A stretch of 64,000 nt of DNA from Candidatus Iainarchaeum sp. (lineage in GTDB: Archaea > Iainarchaeota > Iainarchaeia > Iainarchaeales > UBA10219): assembly GCA_018304425.1 (NCBI GenBank), contig JAGVWE010000002.1:192001-256000 (forward strand), in the 5' to 3' direction. Made by a program: the position numbers and the translations under genes. Below the pieces are notes generated by a model that did no database searches, was not told where the DNA came from, and saw only the letters and a list, made by a program, of their open reading frames with translations. Within the stretch, counting starts at the first letter, position 1, and each line of letters begins with the position of its first letter. Shown here in pieces: positions 47,401 through 57,147 of the stretch.

Positions 47401-48338
47401 TGGCCACGCTGTCCGAGGACGCGGAAACCATGAACCAGGCGGTCGACATCGACCTAGAGGGCGAGGCGTTCGTGGCCAGGGGCCAGCTCATCCTCAAGAA
47501 GGGGTGGAAGGAGTTTTACCCCTACTCGCAGTTGAACGAAGTGATTCTGCCGGAGCTGAGGGAACGAGACGTGGTGGACTTGAAGAAGCTGGACCTGCTG
47601 GAAAAGGAGACTGAACCGCCCGCGCGCTATTCGCAGGGCTCGCTCATCAAGCTCATGGAGGACAATGGCTTGGGCACGAAGGCAACCCGGCACGAAATCA
47701 TCCGGAAGCTGTACGCGCGGGCCTACATCCATGGCTTGAAGGCCCTGGAACCCAATGAGATCGCGTTCTCCGTGACGGAGGTCCTGGAAAAGTATGCGGC
47801 TGGCCTCGCCAAGCCCAAGATGACGGCCGAGCTCGAAAACGAAATGGACTTGATTGCCGCGGGCAAGAAGACGAAAAAGGAAGTGGTCGAGGATTCGCGG
47901 CGGCTGTTGCTGGCCAGCCTCGAAGAGCTCTTGAAGAACAAGGCCGACATCGGCCTGGAGTTGCGGAAGGCCCTGCAAGCAGATTCGTTGTTCGGGAAAT
48001 GCGACCGGTGCGGGCAACTCCTCCGCAAAATCAAGTCCCGCAACAACAAGTGGTTCCTGGGCTGCACGGGTTACCCCAAGTGCACGAACACCTACCCCCT
48101 GCCGCAAAACGGGAAGATCACGCCGTTGAGCGTTCCATGCCCTGACTGCGGCAAGCCGACTTTCAGGGTGCAGGGGCAGCGGTACAGGTACGAGATGTGC
48201 GTGGACCCAGCGTGCCCGTCCAAGAAGGACTGGAAGACGAAGGCCAAGAAAATGGCGGCCGATGGGGGCGGGGAAAAACCGGAAGAAGAGGTCGTGACGG
48301 AAAGCGAGAAACAGGAACTCGAAGAAGACCTCTCGTGA
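44499..48338 (+). CDS. topA: DNA topoisomerase IA (intein-containing)
   Basis: VSEK, ATDADREGE, SAGRVQ, SYPRTD, GLGTKATR, C-terminal Zn ribbons. Confidence 0.95.
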   Translation: MKVIVSEKAIAGRRIASILAGREVPQSTEGKAPVFLFDKDGEEFVVVPLRGHIVDVDFPKRYSYWLGTDLKQLNNAEIEYVATEKEIAAALKKVGKNAEEAIIATDADREGEAIGVEALRFIQEANPKIRVKRALFSAITPKDIQDAFAQPVEVDHHLADSADSRREIDLIWGAVLTRFISLVSGRLGKEFLSAGRVQTPSVDYADDLVVKSSEGNVSIVKIGAFCERFLDKQKQEIAGCEVYDVKSEGFEAFSFNPLTLTLEFKPLTAVVRHRHEEDLVKVGLETGRWTRITGTHSIFVLRDSKIEIVVGGELREGDLVLAPKCMPSQPAITEIDLPHAFKALPQEVQEKVFITEAFIRKRVSLTDAGRKFLKMARKGAVSAYGCLSSTISQWETGKKKSVSYPLLARYLQALGHGMEWFLASELGMLETPVRQVLSVAEWHANERCAHLGEKAKLCRYDYRWASPLHLPVTKELMRLIGYYLAEGSHAGRNLSLDFGPSENALAADAVNCIAAVFGRTPKIHRKPTSLHINFGGHFGKTLFMDVLKLGENARRKALPSLAFNVADEMKKELLHGYFEGDGNYSTSGQLLCQTASEGLASGLLYLLLQLGILATCSPTTNTSPLPNQPPGGIKPRHGFKVRVSGKHNLERALEIVPARHKERVLAYLQGQTTRCGFDGIPIHETGLSRVWPKLSSNHAQRIGSQALQTLVETKGNRLASIQIQRLQCLAKSDLAFLRVNRVERVKPTTPFVFDVSVEDNENFVGGHGGVILHNTLALIVDREKERKAFNKQKFWVLNAVFEKDRKPFEAEHKSGRFWEKAEAEKAFGVREAKHGKVTKVSSQKRSIAKPIPFNTTGFLRSASAIGFTAGEAMNCAETLYQMGLTSYPRTDNTVYSKNLDLKAVLQELGKCVELSAEVQKILALGRIDPSAGKESKDHPPIHPVSAAQKGKLAERQWKIYELIVRRFLATLSEDAETMNQAVDIDLEGEAFVARGQLILKKGWKEFYPYSQLNEVILPELRERDVVDLKKLDLLEKETEPPARYSQGSLIKLMEDNGLGTKATRHEIIRKLYARAYIHGLKALEPNEIAFSVTEVLEKYAAGLAKPKMTAELENEMDLIAAGKKTKKEVVEDSRRLLLASLEELLKNKADIGLELRKALQADSLFGKCDRCGQLLRKIKSRNNKWFLGCTGYPKCTNTYPLPQNGKITPLSVPCPDCGKPTFRVQGQRYRYEMCVDPACPSKKDWKTKAKKMAADGGGEKPEEEVVTESEKQELEEDLS
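45099..46820 (+). mobile_element. Intein in topA (574 aa) with LAGLIDADG endonuclease and an HTH-like insert
   Basis: GRVQTP|SVD... and ...VILHN|TLAL junctions; TGTHS block B; LIGYYLAEG and LHGYFEGDG motifs. Confidence 0.93.
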
Positions 48339-48450
48339 GGGAACTGGTTTTGAAAGTCGGGAAGGAACGGATTTTGAAAAAAAATGGCTGGGGGGTTAAG
48401 TGGAAGAACTGAGTGTCTTGGTGAGCCTAACCCCCGCACCACCTTTTTTT

Positions 48451-48477
48451 GCTCCGGCATTGCTTTCCTGCCGGAGC
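48451..48477. terminator. 9-bp hairpin flanked by T-runs downstream of topA
   Basis: GCTCCGGCA...TGCCGGAGC. Confidence 0.4.
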
Positions 48478-48624
48478 GTTTTCTAGGATTGGATCCCCCT
48501 GAAATTTTTACTACACATATATGGGCCTGTCCAGGGATTTAAAAATTTACCGACTTTGGGTGTACTAAATGAGGCATATTGGTTTAAATTAGTATATAGA
48601 TAAGACATTAATAGAGGTAAACGA

Positions 48625-49167
48625 ATGGCGCTGGTCATGCGGGTGGATGACGAAATCCGGCTCAAGATACTGGATGCTTTGCTGAAGAAGCGGTCCGTAA
48701 TCCCGAACATCCGCCAGATCCAGAAGTACACGGGCTTCCACAAGGCCACCATCAAGTCCTCGCTGGACTTCCTCCTGCGCGAGGGCCTGCTGCAGGGGTT
48801 CGGCCCGAAACTCGACTTCAAGAAGCTGGGCTACAAACTCGAGGTGCGGTCGTTTTTCCAGATGGACATGTCGGACAAGAAGCTGTTCGACGAGATGATG
48901 AAGGCCATGGCCGAGGATCCCAACCTCTACCGCGCGACGGCGGTCATCGGCTCGGGCAACTGGAACATGATGGTGAGCCACATCTACCGGGACGTGGAAT
49001 CGTATCACAAGGGAATCATGGAAAAGTATTACCAGAAGATTCCCGGCATCTACAAGGCCATCAAGGACCGGCAGATATTCTATGTCACGGACCCCTCCTA
49101 CAAGAACGAGTCAAGGACCGATTCAGTCATTGAAATCATCAAAACCGAAAAGGGCTTCCAGTTCTAG
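48625..49167 (+). CDS. Lrp/AsnC-like regulator
   Basis: N-terminal HTH (NIRQIQKYTGFHKATIK), KKLGY, IGSGNWN; GAGGT RBS. Confidence 0.78.
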   Translation: MALVMRVDDEIRLKILDALLKKRSVIPNIRQIQKYTGFHKATIKSSLDFLLREGLLQGFGPKLDFKKLGYKLEVRSFFQMDMSDKKLFDEMMKAMAEDPNLYRATAVIGSGNWNMMVSHIYRDVESYHKGIMEKYYQKIPGIYKAIKDRQIFYVTDPSYKNESRTDSVIEIIKTEKGFQF

Positions 49168-49175
49168 GCGGGGGA

Positions 49176-50003
49176 ATGGCGTTGCGCATCCAGTTGAACC
49201 TTGACAAGAGCCTCCAGGAGAATGCGTCCGCCTATTATGCGCTGGGCAAGAAGGCGAAAAAAAAGCTCGAAGGCGTGAAAAAGGCGCTGGAGGCCACGAA
49301 GCAGCGCATGCAGAGGGCCATGGCGGAAAAAGAGGCCGGGGAGCGCCGGCCGAAGATGGCACGGAAGCGGAAAAAGCAGTGGTTTGAGAAATTCCACTGG
49401 TTTTTATCCTCGGACGGGCTGCTGGTCATCGCGGGAAGGGATGCCAGGCAAAACGAGGCCGTGGTCAAGAAGCACATGGAGGACCACGATCTGTACTTTC
49501 ACGCCGAAATCGTGGGCGCGCCGCACACCGTGGTGAAGACCGAGAAAAAGCAGGCCGGTGAGGCCACGAAGCGGGAGGCCGCCCAGTTTGCCGCCGTGTT
49601 CTCAAAGGCATGGGCCTTGAAGCAGGGCCACGTCGACGTGTACGCGGTCAAGCCGGAGCAGGTCAGCAAAAAGGCCCCGACCGGGGAAGCCATGGGCACG
49701 GGGGCGTTCATGATTTACGGGAAACGCGAGTGGTTTCGGAAGACGAGGCTGGAGTTCGCGGTCGGCGTGAAACGGGAAGGCGAGTGCCTGGCCGTGCTAT
49801 CGGGCCCTGAAACCGCGGTGAAAGCGCAGAGCCTGGCGTGGGCGAAGCTCGTGCTCGGCGAGGACCGGAAAAGCGAGGCCGCCAAGAAGCTGAAGAAGCA
49901 GTTCGAGGAAAAACTGGCCAAGCAGGGCGTGGAAGGCGAGGTCAGCCTCGATGAGTTGGTGGCCATGCTGCCGTCAGACAACATACGAATTGAGTGGCCT
50001 TGA
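49176..50003 (+). CDS. NFACT RNA-binding domain (DUF814) protein, C-terminal half of the RqcH/NEMF family
   Basis: ENASAYY, WFEKFHWF, GRDARQNE, FHAEIVGAP, GAFMIYGKR. Confidence 0.88.
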   Translation: MALRIQLNLDKSLQENASAYYALGKKAKKKLEGVKKALEATKQRMQRAMAEKEAGERRPKMARKRKKQWFEKFHWFLSSDGLLVIAGRDARQNEAVVKKHMEDHDLYFHAEIVGAPHTVVKTEKKQAGEATKREAAQFAAVFSKAWALKQGHVDVYAVKPEQVSKKAPTGEAMGTGAFMIYGKREWFRKTRLEFAVGVKREGECLAVLSGPETAVKAQSLAWAKLVLGEDRKSEAAKKLKKQFEEKLAKQGVEGEVSLDELVAMLPSDNIRIEWP

Positions 50004-50054
50004 ACGGTGCCCTGAACGCAAGCCTTTTATTGAGTGAAAGCGTTACCTCTACGC

Positions 50055-51161
50055 ATGCGGGTGAAAACGGCTGTTCTGCTGGTGTTACTGGTTGCCCTGG
50101 TAATAGCCGTTGGCTGCACGGCCTTGCCTGCCCCCTCTCGGCAGGCGGCGAAACCCGTGCAGGCAAAGCCCTTGGCGGTTTCCCCAGAGGAACCAAAGCC
50201 AGTGGTTGAGGCGACGATGCCCGCGCCTCCGACAACGGCCAGGGAGTGCAGCGTGGACGAGGACTGTGCTGACTCCATTGCCTGCACCTATGATTTCTGC
50301 GAGCAGGGTTCGGCGACCGCGGAATGCCGGCACCTAAACATAGGCGTCTGCGTTGGGAACGACGAGTGTTGCCCGGCCGGCTGCACCCATGCCGAGGACC
50401 GCGATTGCCCGGAAACGCAAACCCCGCCGGCGCCGGCTCCGCTGCCAACGACTGCAAGCGTGCCGGGCCAGCCCACGGTGGCGGGAGTGCCGGTGGCGCC
50501 TGCGGAAGGCGAGTTGTTTGCCTGCGGGCGGGACGCGGACTGCACGCTGACGGTGAATGGAGCCTGTGACGGTGCGTTGTCCGTCAACAAAGCCTGGCTA
50601 AGTTACTGGCATGAGCAGGCCGTGAAACAGTGGGTGGCAGCCGGTGCACGTGCCTGCAACGAAGCCCAGTACACGCAGGGCTTCCAGCCCTACTGCTATC
50701 AGGGCAAATGCGCGAAGCGCACGGTGCTTAAGCCAAAAAACGCCAGTACCTCCGTGAGTTCAACCAGCTCAACTCCTCCCACCCAGCAAACCCAGGCAGA
50801 CCCCTATGCGTTGACGACTGGAACCTCCCAGGAGTTCGCCATCGACGAGAAGTATGCGGTGTTCTGGGGAACCGGCCCCTATGCGGGCAAGAAACTCCAG
50901 CTATTGCTCAAGAACCTTGTGCGTGGCCCGGATGGCGGGCTTGCCTATGCCGTATTCAACGTGGTGGACGTGGCCAGTGGCAGGACCCTGAGCGTCAAAG
51001 ACCCCAACAGCGGGAGCATCGGGACCAGCTTTTTCGTTCACAACGTGAGCGGCTACTACTTCGCGCCCCTGGATGCACAGAATAGCCCCTTCATGGCAAA
51101 GGAATTCAGCCTCCTCGGCGAAGGCAGCACCTCGAACGTCGTGAGGGTTGCTTGGCGGTAG
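50055..51161 (+). CDS. Lipoprotein with Cys-rich modules
   Basis: Lipobox IAVG-C; CSVDEDCADSIACTYDFC and CCPAGC modules; Pro/Thr linkers. Confidence 0.75.
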   Translation: MRVKTAVLLVLLVALVIAVGCTALPAPSRQAAKPVQAKPLAVSPEEPKPVVEATMPAPPTTARECSVDEDCADSIACTYDFCEQGSATAECRHLNIGVCVGNDECCPAGCTHAEDRDCPETQTPPAPAPLPTTASVPGQPTVAGVPVAPAEGELFACGRDADCTLTVNGACDGALSVNKAWLSYWHEQAVKQWVAAGARACNEAQYTQGFQPYCYQGKCAKRTVLKPKNASTSVSSTSSTPPTQQTQADPYALTTGTSQEFAIDEKYAVFWGTGPYAGKKLQLLLKNLVRGPDGGLAYAVFNVVDVASGRTLSVKDPNSGSIGTSFFVHNVSGYYFAPLDAQNSPFMAKEFSLLGEGSTSNVVRVAWR

Positions 51162-51218
51162 CGGCCATCTCAACCTTCTTAAATTATTCTGTTTATAGTG
51201 GGAGTAGAGCGTGTTTGC

Positions 51219-54200
51219 ATGAGCGAGCCCACCAGGAAACAGATTCAGCTCATTGTCCAGGAGCCCGACCCCAGCCACGTGGGCCGGAACATCGTGACCC
51301 TGGACCGGAAGGCCAAGGAAGAGCTGGGCGTTACTTCCGGGGACATCGTGGAAATAGAGGGCTCCAAGAAGACGGCTGCCGTCATCTGGCCGGCGAGGCA
51401 GGAAGACGAGGGAAAGGGAGTCGTCCGCATGGACAACCTCATCAGGCACAACGCGGGCATCGGCTTGGGGGAAAAGGTGCTGGTGCGGAAAGGCGCCTAC
51501 CAGGAAGCCAAGAAGGTCGTGCTCGCGCCCACCCAGGAAATCCGGATCGTGGCTTCCGGGTATGACCGCATCCTCAAAAAGAACTTCATTGGGAGGCCGT
51601 TGACGAAGGGGGACAACGTGTGGATTTCGGTGTTCGGCTCGGGCTTCGTTTACAGCGTCGTGGACACGAACCCCAAGGGAGTCGTCAAGGTAACGGATTT
51701 CACGAAATTCATCCTCAAAGAGGAACCGGTCAAGGAAGCCCATGAAGGCGTGCCCAGGGTTGCCTATGAGGACATCGGCGGCCTCGAAGAACAGGTGCAG
51801 AAAGTGAGGGAAATGATTGAGTTGCCCATGCGGCACCCCGAACTGTTCCGGAGACTGGGCATTTCGCCGCCCAAGGGCGTGCTGTTGCACGGTCCTCCTG
51901 GAACCGGCAAGACCATGATGGCGAAAGCCGTGGCCAACGAGACCAACGCGCACTTCATCGCGATTAACGCGCCCGCGCTCATGTGTGTCGGTGCGGAGAC
52001 CAGGATTTTGACCAACCCGGAAGGCGAAAAGACGGCGGAATCCCTGTTTGAAGAGGGGTTGAGGCAGGGCACCCTCGTCAACGATGGCGCCCTTAAGATA
52101 GTCGAATTGAAGGAACCCCTGCACGTCTTCGGGCTGAACAAGGACCTGAAGATCCAAAAGGGAGGCATTACCCACATCACCAAGTTAAGGGCAAGGACAG
52201 TGCGGCTGAAGACGAATCTTGGAGATGAAGCAGTGGTTTCGTCCAACCAGCCCTTTGCAACGTTGGATGCGTTTGGAAACCTTGCATGGAAAACGGCGGG
52301 CGAGCTGAAAAAAGGCGATTTCGTGGCCGTGGCAAAGAACCTCCCGGAACCAAGCCCCTGTCAGTTTGAGGTATTCAAATTGTGCAAACCCACGCAACGA
52401 GTCAATGCCTGCACAAGCAACGATGGGAAACGAAAGCCCCGCAAAAAAGCCTTTTCCAAAGCGGTTTCCGCCGGCGACTACATCCAGTTGTCTGATTCCA
52501 TGAACAGAAGGAACCGCGCCTTCGTGAGAATCCCCCTGGAACCCTCGGATGAGCTGGCGCATTTGCTGGGTTTGATGTATTCTGAGGGCTATCTCTCGAA
52601 GGACGGGTTGGTTTTCACCAACCATGACCCAATCCTGAACCGGCAATTCAGCGAGTTGTGTGAAAAGGTGTTCGGGATCCTGGCCACCATAAAGAGGACG
52701 AAGGCCGTCTGCTATTCCACCACGGCCAGGCTGTTCCTGGAGAAGGTGCTGGGCTTTCCGGTCGGCAAGAAAGGGAACTACTCCCTGCCACATTGGTATT
52801 TCAAGCTCTCAAAGGCGCAAACGGCACGCTTCCTGCAGGGATTCTGGGAAGGCGATGGAACAGTTGGAAAAGCCAAGGGCGGCTATCCAACCGTCCGGTT
52901 CTACGCAAAAGGGAAGAGGATTCTTTCGGACCTGTCGGTTTTGAGCAAGCGCCTGGGCTGGGTGTGCCGCCTGACGCCCTGGAAGACGCCCCTGGGCCTG
53001 ATGCAGGCGTTGGTCCTGATGGGGACGCGTTCGCGGGAGCTGTTCGCGGAACAGATTGCTTCCCGCACGAAAAAGTTCGGGCGGCTGAGGAAATGGCAGG
53101 CAAGCCGCACCAAACAAGGGGACAATCTGGGTGTTCCGGACATCAGCCCCCTGCTCAAACGGCTCAAGAGGGAAGCAGGACTCGTGTACGGGAAAAACCT
53201 GCCGGAGGGGCCGACTGAGCGGTATATTTCCGGCCGCGACCCCTTGACCCAGCGGAAGCTCGAGGAAATAAACGCCTTGTTCGGCGGGCACCCCGCGCTC
53301 GAGCGCCTCATCAAGGCGGAAGTCGCATGGTCGAAGATAACCGCGCTCAAGGCGGAAGGGGAAAGAGACCTCTTCGATTTCACGGTGGAGCCGTTCAACA
53401 ATTTTTTGGCGGGCCACAGCCTGCTGGTCATGCACAACTCCAAGTTTGTCGGCGAAGCCGAGGAACGAATCCGGCAGGTGTTCAAGGAGGCGGACGAGAA
53501 CGCGCCCAGCATCGTCTTCTTCGACGAGATTGACGCGATTGCCCCCAAGCGGGATGAAGTGGTCGGGGAAGTCGAGCGAAGGGTGGTTGCTCAACTGCTC
53601 GCCGCCATGGACGGCATGGAGGCCCGAGGCAACGTCATCGTCATTGCGGCCACGAACCGCGTGAACTCGATTGACGAGGCCCTGCGCAGGCCAGGAAGGT
53701 TTGACCGCGAAATCGAGATAGGCGTTCCGACCAAGGAGGGAAGGCGAGAGATTTTCACGATTCATTCCAGGGGCATGCCGTTGTCCAAGGACGTTGAACT
53801 GGATTACTTTGCCTCCATCACGCACGGCTTTGTGGGCGCGGACCTGGCCGCGCTGGCCAAGGAAGCCGCCATGAAGGCCCTGAGAAGGTATTTGCCCAAG
53901 ATCAACCTGGAAGAGGAAACCATTCCAGCGGAAGTCCTGGAAACCCTTGAAGTGACCAAAAAGGACTTCATGAACGCCTTGAAGGACGTGCAGCCCAGCG
54001 CGTTGCGGGAGGTAACCGTGGAAATCCCGAACGTGCGCTGGACGCAGATCGGCGGCTTGGAGGAAACCAAGGAAGAAATCAAGCAAGCCATTGAGTGGCC
54101 GCTGAAGTACCCGGATGCATTCAAGAAGATGGGCATCAAGCCCCCGAAGGGAATCCTCCTGTACGGGCCGCCGGGATGCGGGAAGACGCTGCTGGCGAAA

Positions 54201-54857
54201 GCGGCTGCCACCGAATCGGAGGCCAACTTCATCCCCATCAAGGGCCCCGAGCTGTTCAGCAAGTGGGTGGGCGAGAGTTCGAAGGGCATCCGGAAGGTGT
54301 TCCAGCGCGCGCGGCAGGTTAGCCCCTGCATCATTTTCTTCGACGAGTTCGACTCGGTGGCGACCCGGCGGGGCCACGGGGATGATTCGGGCGTCAGCGA
54401 GCGCGTGGTCAACCAGTTGCTGACCGAACTCGACGGGGTAGTTGAGTTGAAGGACGTGGTGTTCGTGGCCGCGACGAACCGGCCGGACCTGATTGACCCG
54501 GGAGTCATGCGACCGGGGAGGATTGACAAGGTCATCAAGGTGCCCGCACCCGACGAGAAGTCGAGGCTGCAGGTGTTCAAGGTGCACACCAAGAACGTGC
54601 CGATGGCAAAGGACGTGGACTTGAACGCACTGGCGAAGCAAACGGTTGGCTATAGCGGGGCTGACCTGGAGGGAGTGATAAGGGAAGCCGCCTTGATCAG
54701 CTTGAAGGAAAGCGACATGAAGCCGGGCGTGGTTACCTGGAAGCACTTCGAACTCGCCTTGAAGAAGATTCCGCCCAGCCTGCCAGAGGAAATCACGAAG
54801 GCCTATGATGCTTTCAGGGTGCAGCAGGCGGACTTCAAGCCCAGCTACATCGAGTGA
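51219..54857 (+). CDS. cdc48: CDC48/VCP-family AAA+ ATPase (intein-containing)
   Basis: N-domain plus two AAA modules ([14 protein letters not shown] and [14 protein letters not shown]), RRPGRFD. Confidence 0.96.
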   Translation: MSEPTRKQIQLIVQEPDPSHVGRNIVTLDRKAKEELGVTSGDIVEIEGSKKTAAVIWPARQEDEGKGVVRMDNLIRHNAGIGLGEKVLVRKGAYQEAKKVVLAPTQEIRIVASGYDRILKKNFIGRPLTKGDNVWISVFGSGFVYSVVDTNPKGVVKVTDFTKFILKEEPVKEAHEGVPRVAYEDIGGLEEQVQKVREMIELPMRHPELFRRLGISPPKGVLLHGPPGTGKTMMAKAVANETNAHFIAINAPALMCVGAETRILTNPEGEKTAESLFEEGLRQGTLVNDGALKIVELKEPLHVFGLNKDLKIQKGGITHITKLRARTVRLKTNLGDEAVVSSNQPFATLDAFGNLAWKTAGELKKGDFVAVAKNLPEPSPCQFEVFKLCKPTQRVNACTSNDGKRKPRKKAFSKAVSAGDYIQLSDSMNRRNRAFVRIPLEPSDELAHLLGLMYSEGYLSKDGLVFTNHDPILNRQFSELCEKVFGILATIKRTKAVCYSTTARLFLEKVLGFPVGKKGNYSLPHWYFKLSKAQTARFLQGFWEGDGTVGKAKGGYPTVRFYAKGKRILSDLSVLSKRLGWVCRLTPWKTPLGLMQALVLMGTRSRELFAEQIASRTKKFGRLRKWQASRTKQGDNLGVPDISPLLKRLKREAGLVYGKNLPEGPTERYISGRDPLTQRKLEEINALFGGHPALERLIKAEVAWSKITALKAEGERDLFDFTVEPFNNFLAGHSLLVMHNSKFVGEAEERIRQVFKEADENAPSIVFFDEIDAIAPKRDEVVGEVERRVVAQLLAAMDGMEARGNVIVIAATNRVNSIDEALRRPGRFDREIEIGVPTKEGRREIFTIHSRGMPLSKDVELDYFASITHGFVGADLAALAKEAAMKALRRYLPKINLEEETIPAEVLETLEVTKKDFMNALKDVQPSALREVTVEIPNVRWTQIGGLEETKEEIKQAIEWPLKYPDAFKKMGIKPPKGILLYGPPGCGKTLLAKAAATESEANFIPIKGPELFSKWVGESSKGIRKVFQRARQVSPCIIFFDEFDSVATRRGHGDDSGVSERVVNQLLTELDGVVELKDVVFVAATNRPDLIDPGVMRPGRIDKVIKVPAPDEKSRLQVFKVHTKNVPMAKDVDLNALAKQTVGYSGADLEGVIREAALISLKESDMKPGVVTWKHFELALKKIPPSLPEEITKAYDAFRVQQADFKPSYIE
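51984..53438 (+). mobile_element. Intein in cdc48 (485 aa) with LAGLIDADG endonuclease
   Basis: APALM|CVG... and ...LVMHN|SKFVGE junctions; LLGLMYSEG and LQGFWEGDG motifs. Confidence 0.93.
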
Positions 54858-54876
54858 CGGATTTTTTTGGGTTGGC

Positions 54877-55467
54877 TTAGAAGAAGCCGAGGCCCACGGC
54901 TTTTGAGCCCAGGATGGTGCCGAAGAAGGCGAGGCCCCACACCAACGGATTCCAGGTGAAGACCTTGGAGCCGTCCAGGGGAAAAATGGGGATGAGGTTG
55001 AAGGTGGCGAGGCCGAAGTTGATGCTCGCGCCATAGGCTGTGATGAGGCCCAGTAACTCAGGGGGGTGGAAGAATAGGTAGGCGAGCGTGAACAGGCAGC
55101 CCAACACAATGTTGGTCAGGGGCCCGGCCAGGGAGATGAAGCCGTTTTGCTTGCGGGAAAGGTTGTCGGAAAAGATGTAGACCGCGCCGGGTGCCGCGAA
55201 GACGACACCGAAAACCGCGGCCATGACGACGGCGAGGACGAGGCCGGACTGCCACATGCGGTACTCGGCGTGCGCGCCGAAGCGGATGGCGACATACTTG
55301 TGCGCGAGTTCGTGGAAGATGAAGCCCGTGCCGGTGGCGACCAAGACGATGGGCATGAGCCGGAAGAAGTCGCCGAACTGGAAGATGCCGCCGCCAAAGG
55401 CCCAGGCAAAGGCCACGCTGATGGTGAGCCAGCTGATGAGGATTTCGTTGCGTTCGCGGTCTTCCAT
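54877..55467 (-). CDS. Site-2 protease (M50) intramembrane metalloprotease
   Basis: HELAH, AGPLTN, FNLIPIFPLDG. Confidence 0.92.
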   Translation of the reverse strand: MEDRERNEILISWLTISVAFAWAFGGGIFQFGDFFRLMPIVLVATGTGFIFHELAHKYVAIRFGAHAEYRMWQSGLVLAVVMAAVFGVVFAAPGAVYIFSDNLSRKQNGFISLAGPLTNIVLGCLFTLAYLFFHPPELLGLITAYGASINFGLATFNLIPIFPLDGSKVFTWNPLVWGLAFFGTILGSKAVGLGFF

Positions 55468-55512
55468 GGTTCTCCAAGGAGTGTAAGGGGAAAAAAGATA
55501 TAAATAGATAAT

Positions 55513-55536
55513 TTCGTTAATCGACGAATATTTAAG
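55513..55536 (+). promoter_or_regulatory. Palindromic operator copy 4 (TTCGTTAATCGACGAA, 55513-55528) plus TATA box, in a divergent promoter
   Basis: Followed directly by TATTTAAG before the OB-fold gene. A TTTATAT box for the S2P gene lies on the other side. Confidence 0.78.
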
Positions 55537-55558
55537 GGGTTCGTTTCATGGGCTTATA

Positions 55559-55921
55559 ATGGAGTTAAGCGACCAGCTGATTGGGTTCGCGGCGGCAGGG
55601 TGCGCGGTGATAGGGCTGGGCCTGCTCTTCTACGGGTTGCAGGCCGCTGAACCCCTCCCCCTACGAATTGCGGAAATCGATGAAACGCTGGCCGGAAAAA
55701 AAGTGGCGCTCCAGGGAACCGTGGAGTGGACGCGGCAAGCCAAGACTGCGTTGCTCGCGGGGTTGAAGGACGGAGAGGAAATCACGGTGGTTGCCTTCAA
55801 GCCCGGTGAAGGGGAACTGCGCCTGCTCCGGAAAGGCGGCACCGTGAAAGTGATTGGCCGAATCCAGGAATACCGCGGCGAACTCGAAGTAGTCATCGAA
55901 CGCGTTGAAGCACTTGACTGA
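55559..55921 (+). CDS. Membrane-anchored OB-fold nucleic-acid-binding protein
   Basis: N-terminal TM, then KVALQGTV...LKDG.EITVVAF...VKVIGRIQEYRGELEV. Confidence 0.8.
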   Translation: MELSDQLIGFAAAGCAVIGLGLLFYGLQAAEPLPLRIAEIDETLAGKKVALQGTVEWTRQAKTALLAGLKDGEEITVVAFKPGEGELRLLRKGGTVKVIGRIQEYRGELEVVIERVEALD

Positions 55922-57116
55922 AGAACTGCTCTGGCTGATACTGGGCTGGCTGCTCGGAGTAGTTGCGGGACTGCTTCCCGGCATCCACGCGAACACGATT
56001 TCCTTTCTGCTGCTCGGCTTCGCCGCCAACACGGGTCAACCCGACAAATGGGCCTATGTCGTCGTGGGCATGAACATCGTGCAGGCCTTCGTGGACTTCA
56101 TCCCCAACATCTTCCTGGGACTGCCGGACAGCGAAGCCTTTGCCTCCCTCCTCCCGGGGCACCGGTTTCTCGCAAAGGGCAAGGGCTTGTACGCGGTGAG
56201 GCTGGGCATTATCGGCGCGCTGAGTGGAAGCCTCCTCGCAGCCCTGCTGTTCCCCTTGTTCGCTGGTTTCCTTGCGAAAGCCCTTGACTTCGTGGAAGCC
56301 ATCATCCCCTTGGCGCTTGGACTCGTGCTGGTATCCCTGGTGGCAGGGGAAAGGGATTGGAAGAAACGAGGACAGGCCGTGGCCGTGATTGCCTTGGCCG
56401 GCGGGTTCGGGTTACTGACACTGCCCTCCAGCGCGTTCGCGGACCCCTTGTTTCCCGCCATCACCGGGTTATTCGGGGTGGCAGGGCTCCTGAACGGCTT
56501 GCGAGGGGAAAACCGGGTGCCCGAACAACTTGACGGCATAAGCCCCCTCAAGCCCAAAAACCTCTTGGAGGGCGGCGTGCTCGGCTCCCTCGCGGCAGGC
56601 ATCGTTGCCCTGTTGCCGGCCATCGGACCCGGAGAAGCCTCCTACCTGCTCATGAAGTTGTTCAAGAAAACGAGTGCCAGCCTCTACTTGATCATCGTCG
56701 GCTGCATCAACGCCGCGAACCTCTTGTTCAGCTTCCTCTTCCTCTACTTGCTGGGGAAGACGAGGACCGGCGCCGCAGCCGCCCTGGAAAGGCTTGGCCT
56801 GCTGGACGCGCCCACCCTGGTTGCCGTCACGGGCGCAAGCCTGGTGAGCGCGGCGGCGGGTGCCTGGCTGTGCCTGTGGCTGGCCAAGGCAGCCGCCAAA
56901 AAAATAAGCCAAGTCAACTACCGGTCGCTGAACGCGGGCGTGATTTGCTTCCTGGGAGCCATTGTTTTTCTCCTGCAAGGCCTGCCCGGCCTGCTGGTGC
57001 TCGTCGTAGGCACCGCGATCGGGCTGGTCCCGCTGGCGTTCGGGGTGCGGCGCGCGCACGCCATGAGCTACTTGATGGTGCCCACGCTGGCCTACTACCT
57101 TGGCTTCCCAGGATAA
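55905..57116 (+). CDS. DUF112/TctA-like multi-pass membrane transporter
   Basis: GLLPGIHAN, FVDFIPNIFLGLPD, LLPGH, GLFG; about 12 TMs. Confidence 0.85.
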   Translation: MKHLTEELLWLILGWLLGVVAGLLPGIHANTISFLLLGFAANTGQPDKWAYVVVGMNIVQAFVDFIPNIFLGLPDSEAFASLLPGHRFLAKGKGLYAVRLGIIGALSGSLLAALLFPLFAGFLAKALDFVEAIIPLALGLVLVSLVAGERDWKKRGQAVAVIALAGGFGLLTLPSSAFADPLFPAITGLFGVAGLLNGLRGENRVPEQLDGISPLKPKNLLEGGVLGSLAAGIVALLPAIGPGEASYLLMKLFKKTSASLYLIIVGCINAANLLFSFLFLYLLGKTRTGAAAALERLGLLDAPTLVAVTGASLVSAAAGAWLCLWLAKAAAKKISQVNYRSLNAGVICFLGAIVFLLQGLPGLLVLVVGTAIGLVPLAFGVRRAHAMSYLMVPTLAYYLGFPG

Positions 57117-57147
57117 GCATTTATGCGCGTGCGTGCAAATAGGGTGC

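Noticed and set aside
18204-55528. The palindrome copies as CRISPR repeats or IS ends
   Set aside because: They are dispersed, not regularly spaced, have no cas or transposase nearby, and always sit next to TATA boxes.
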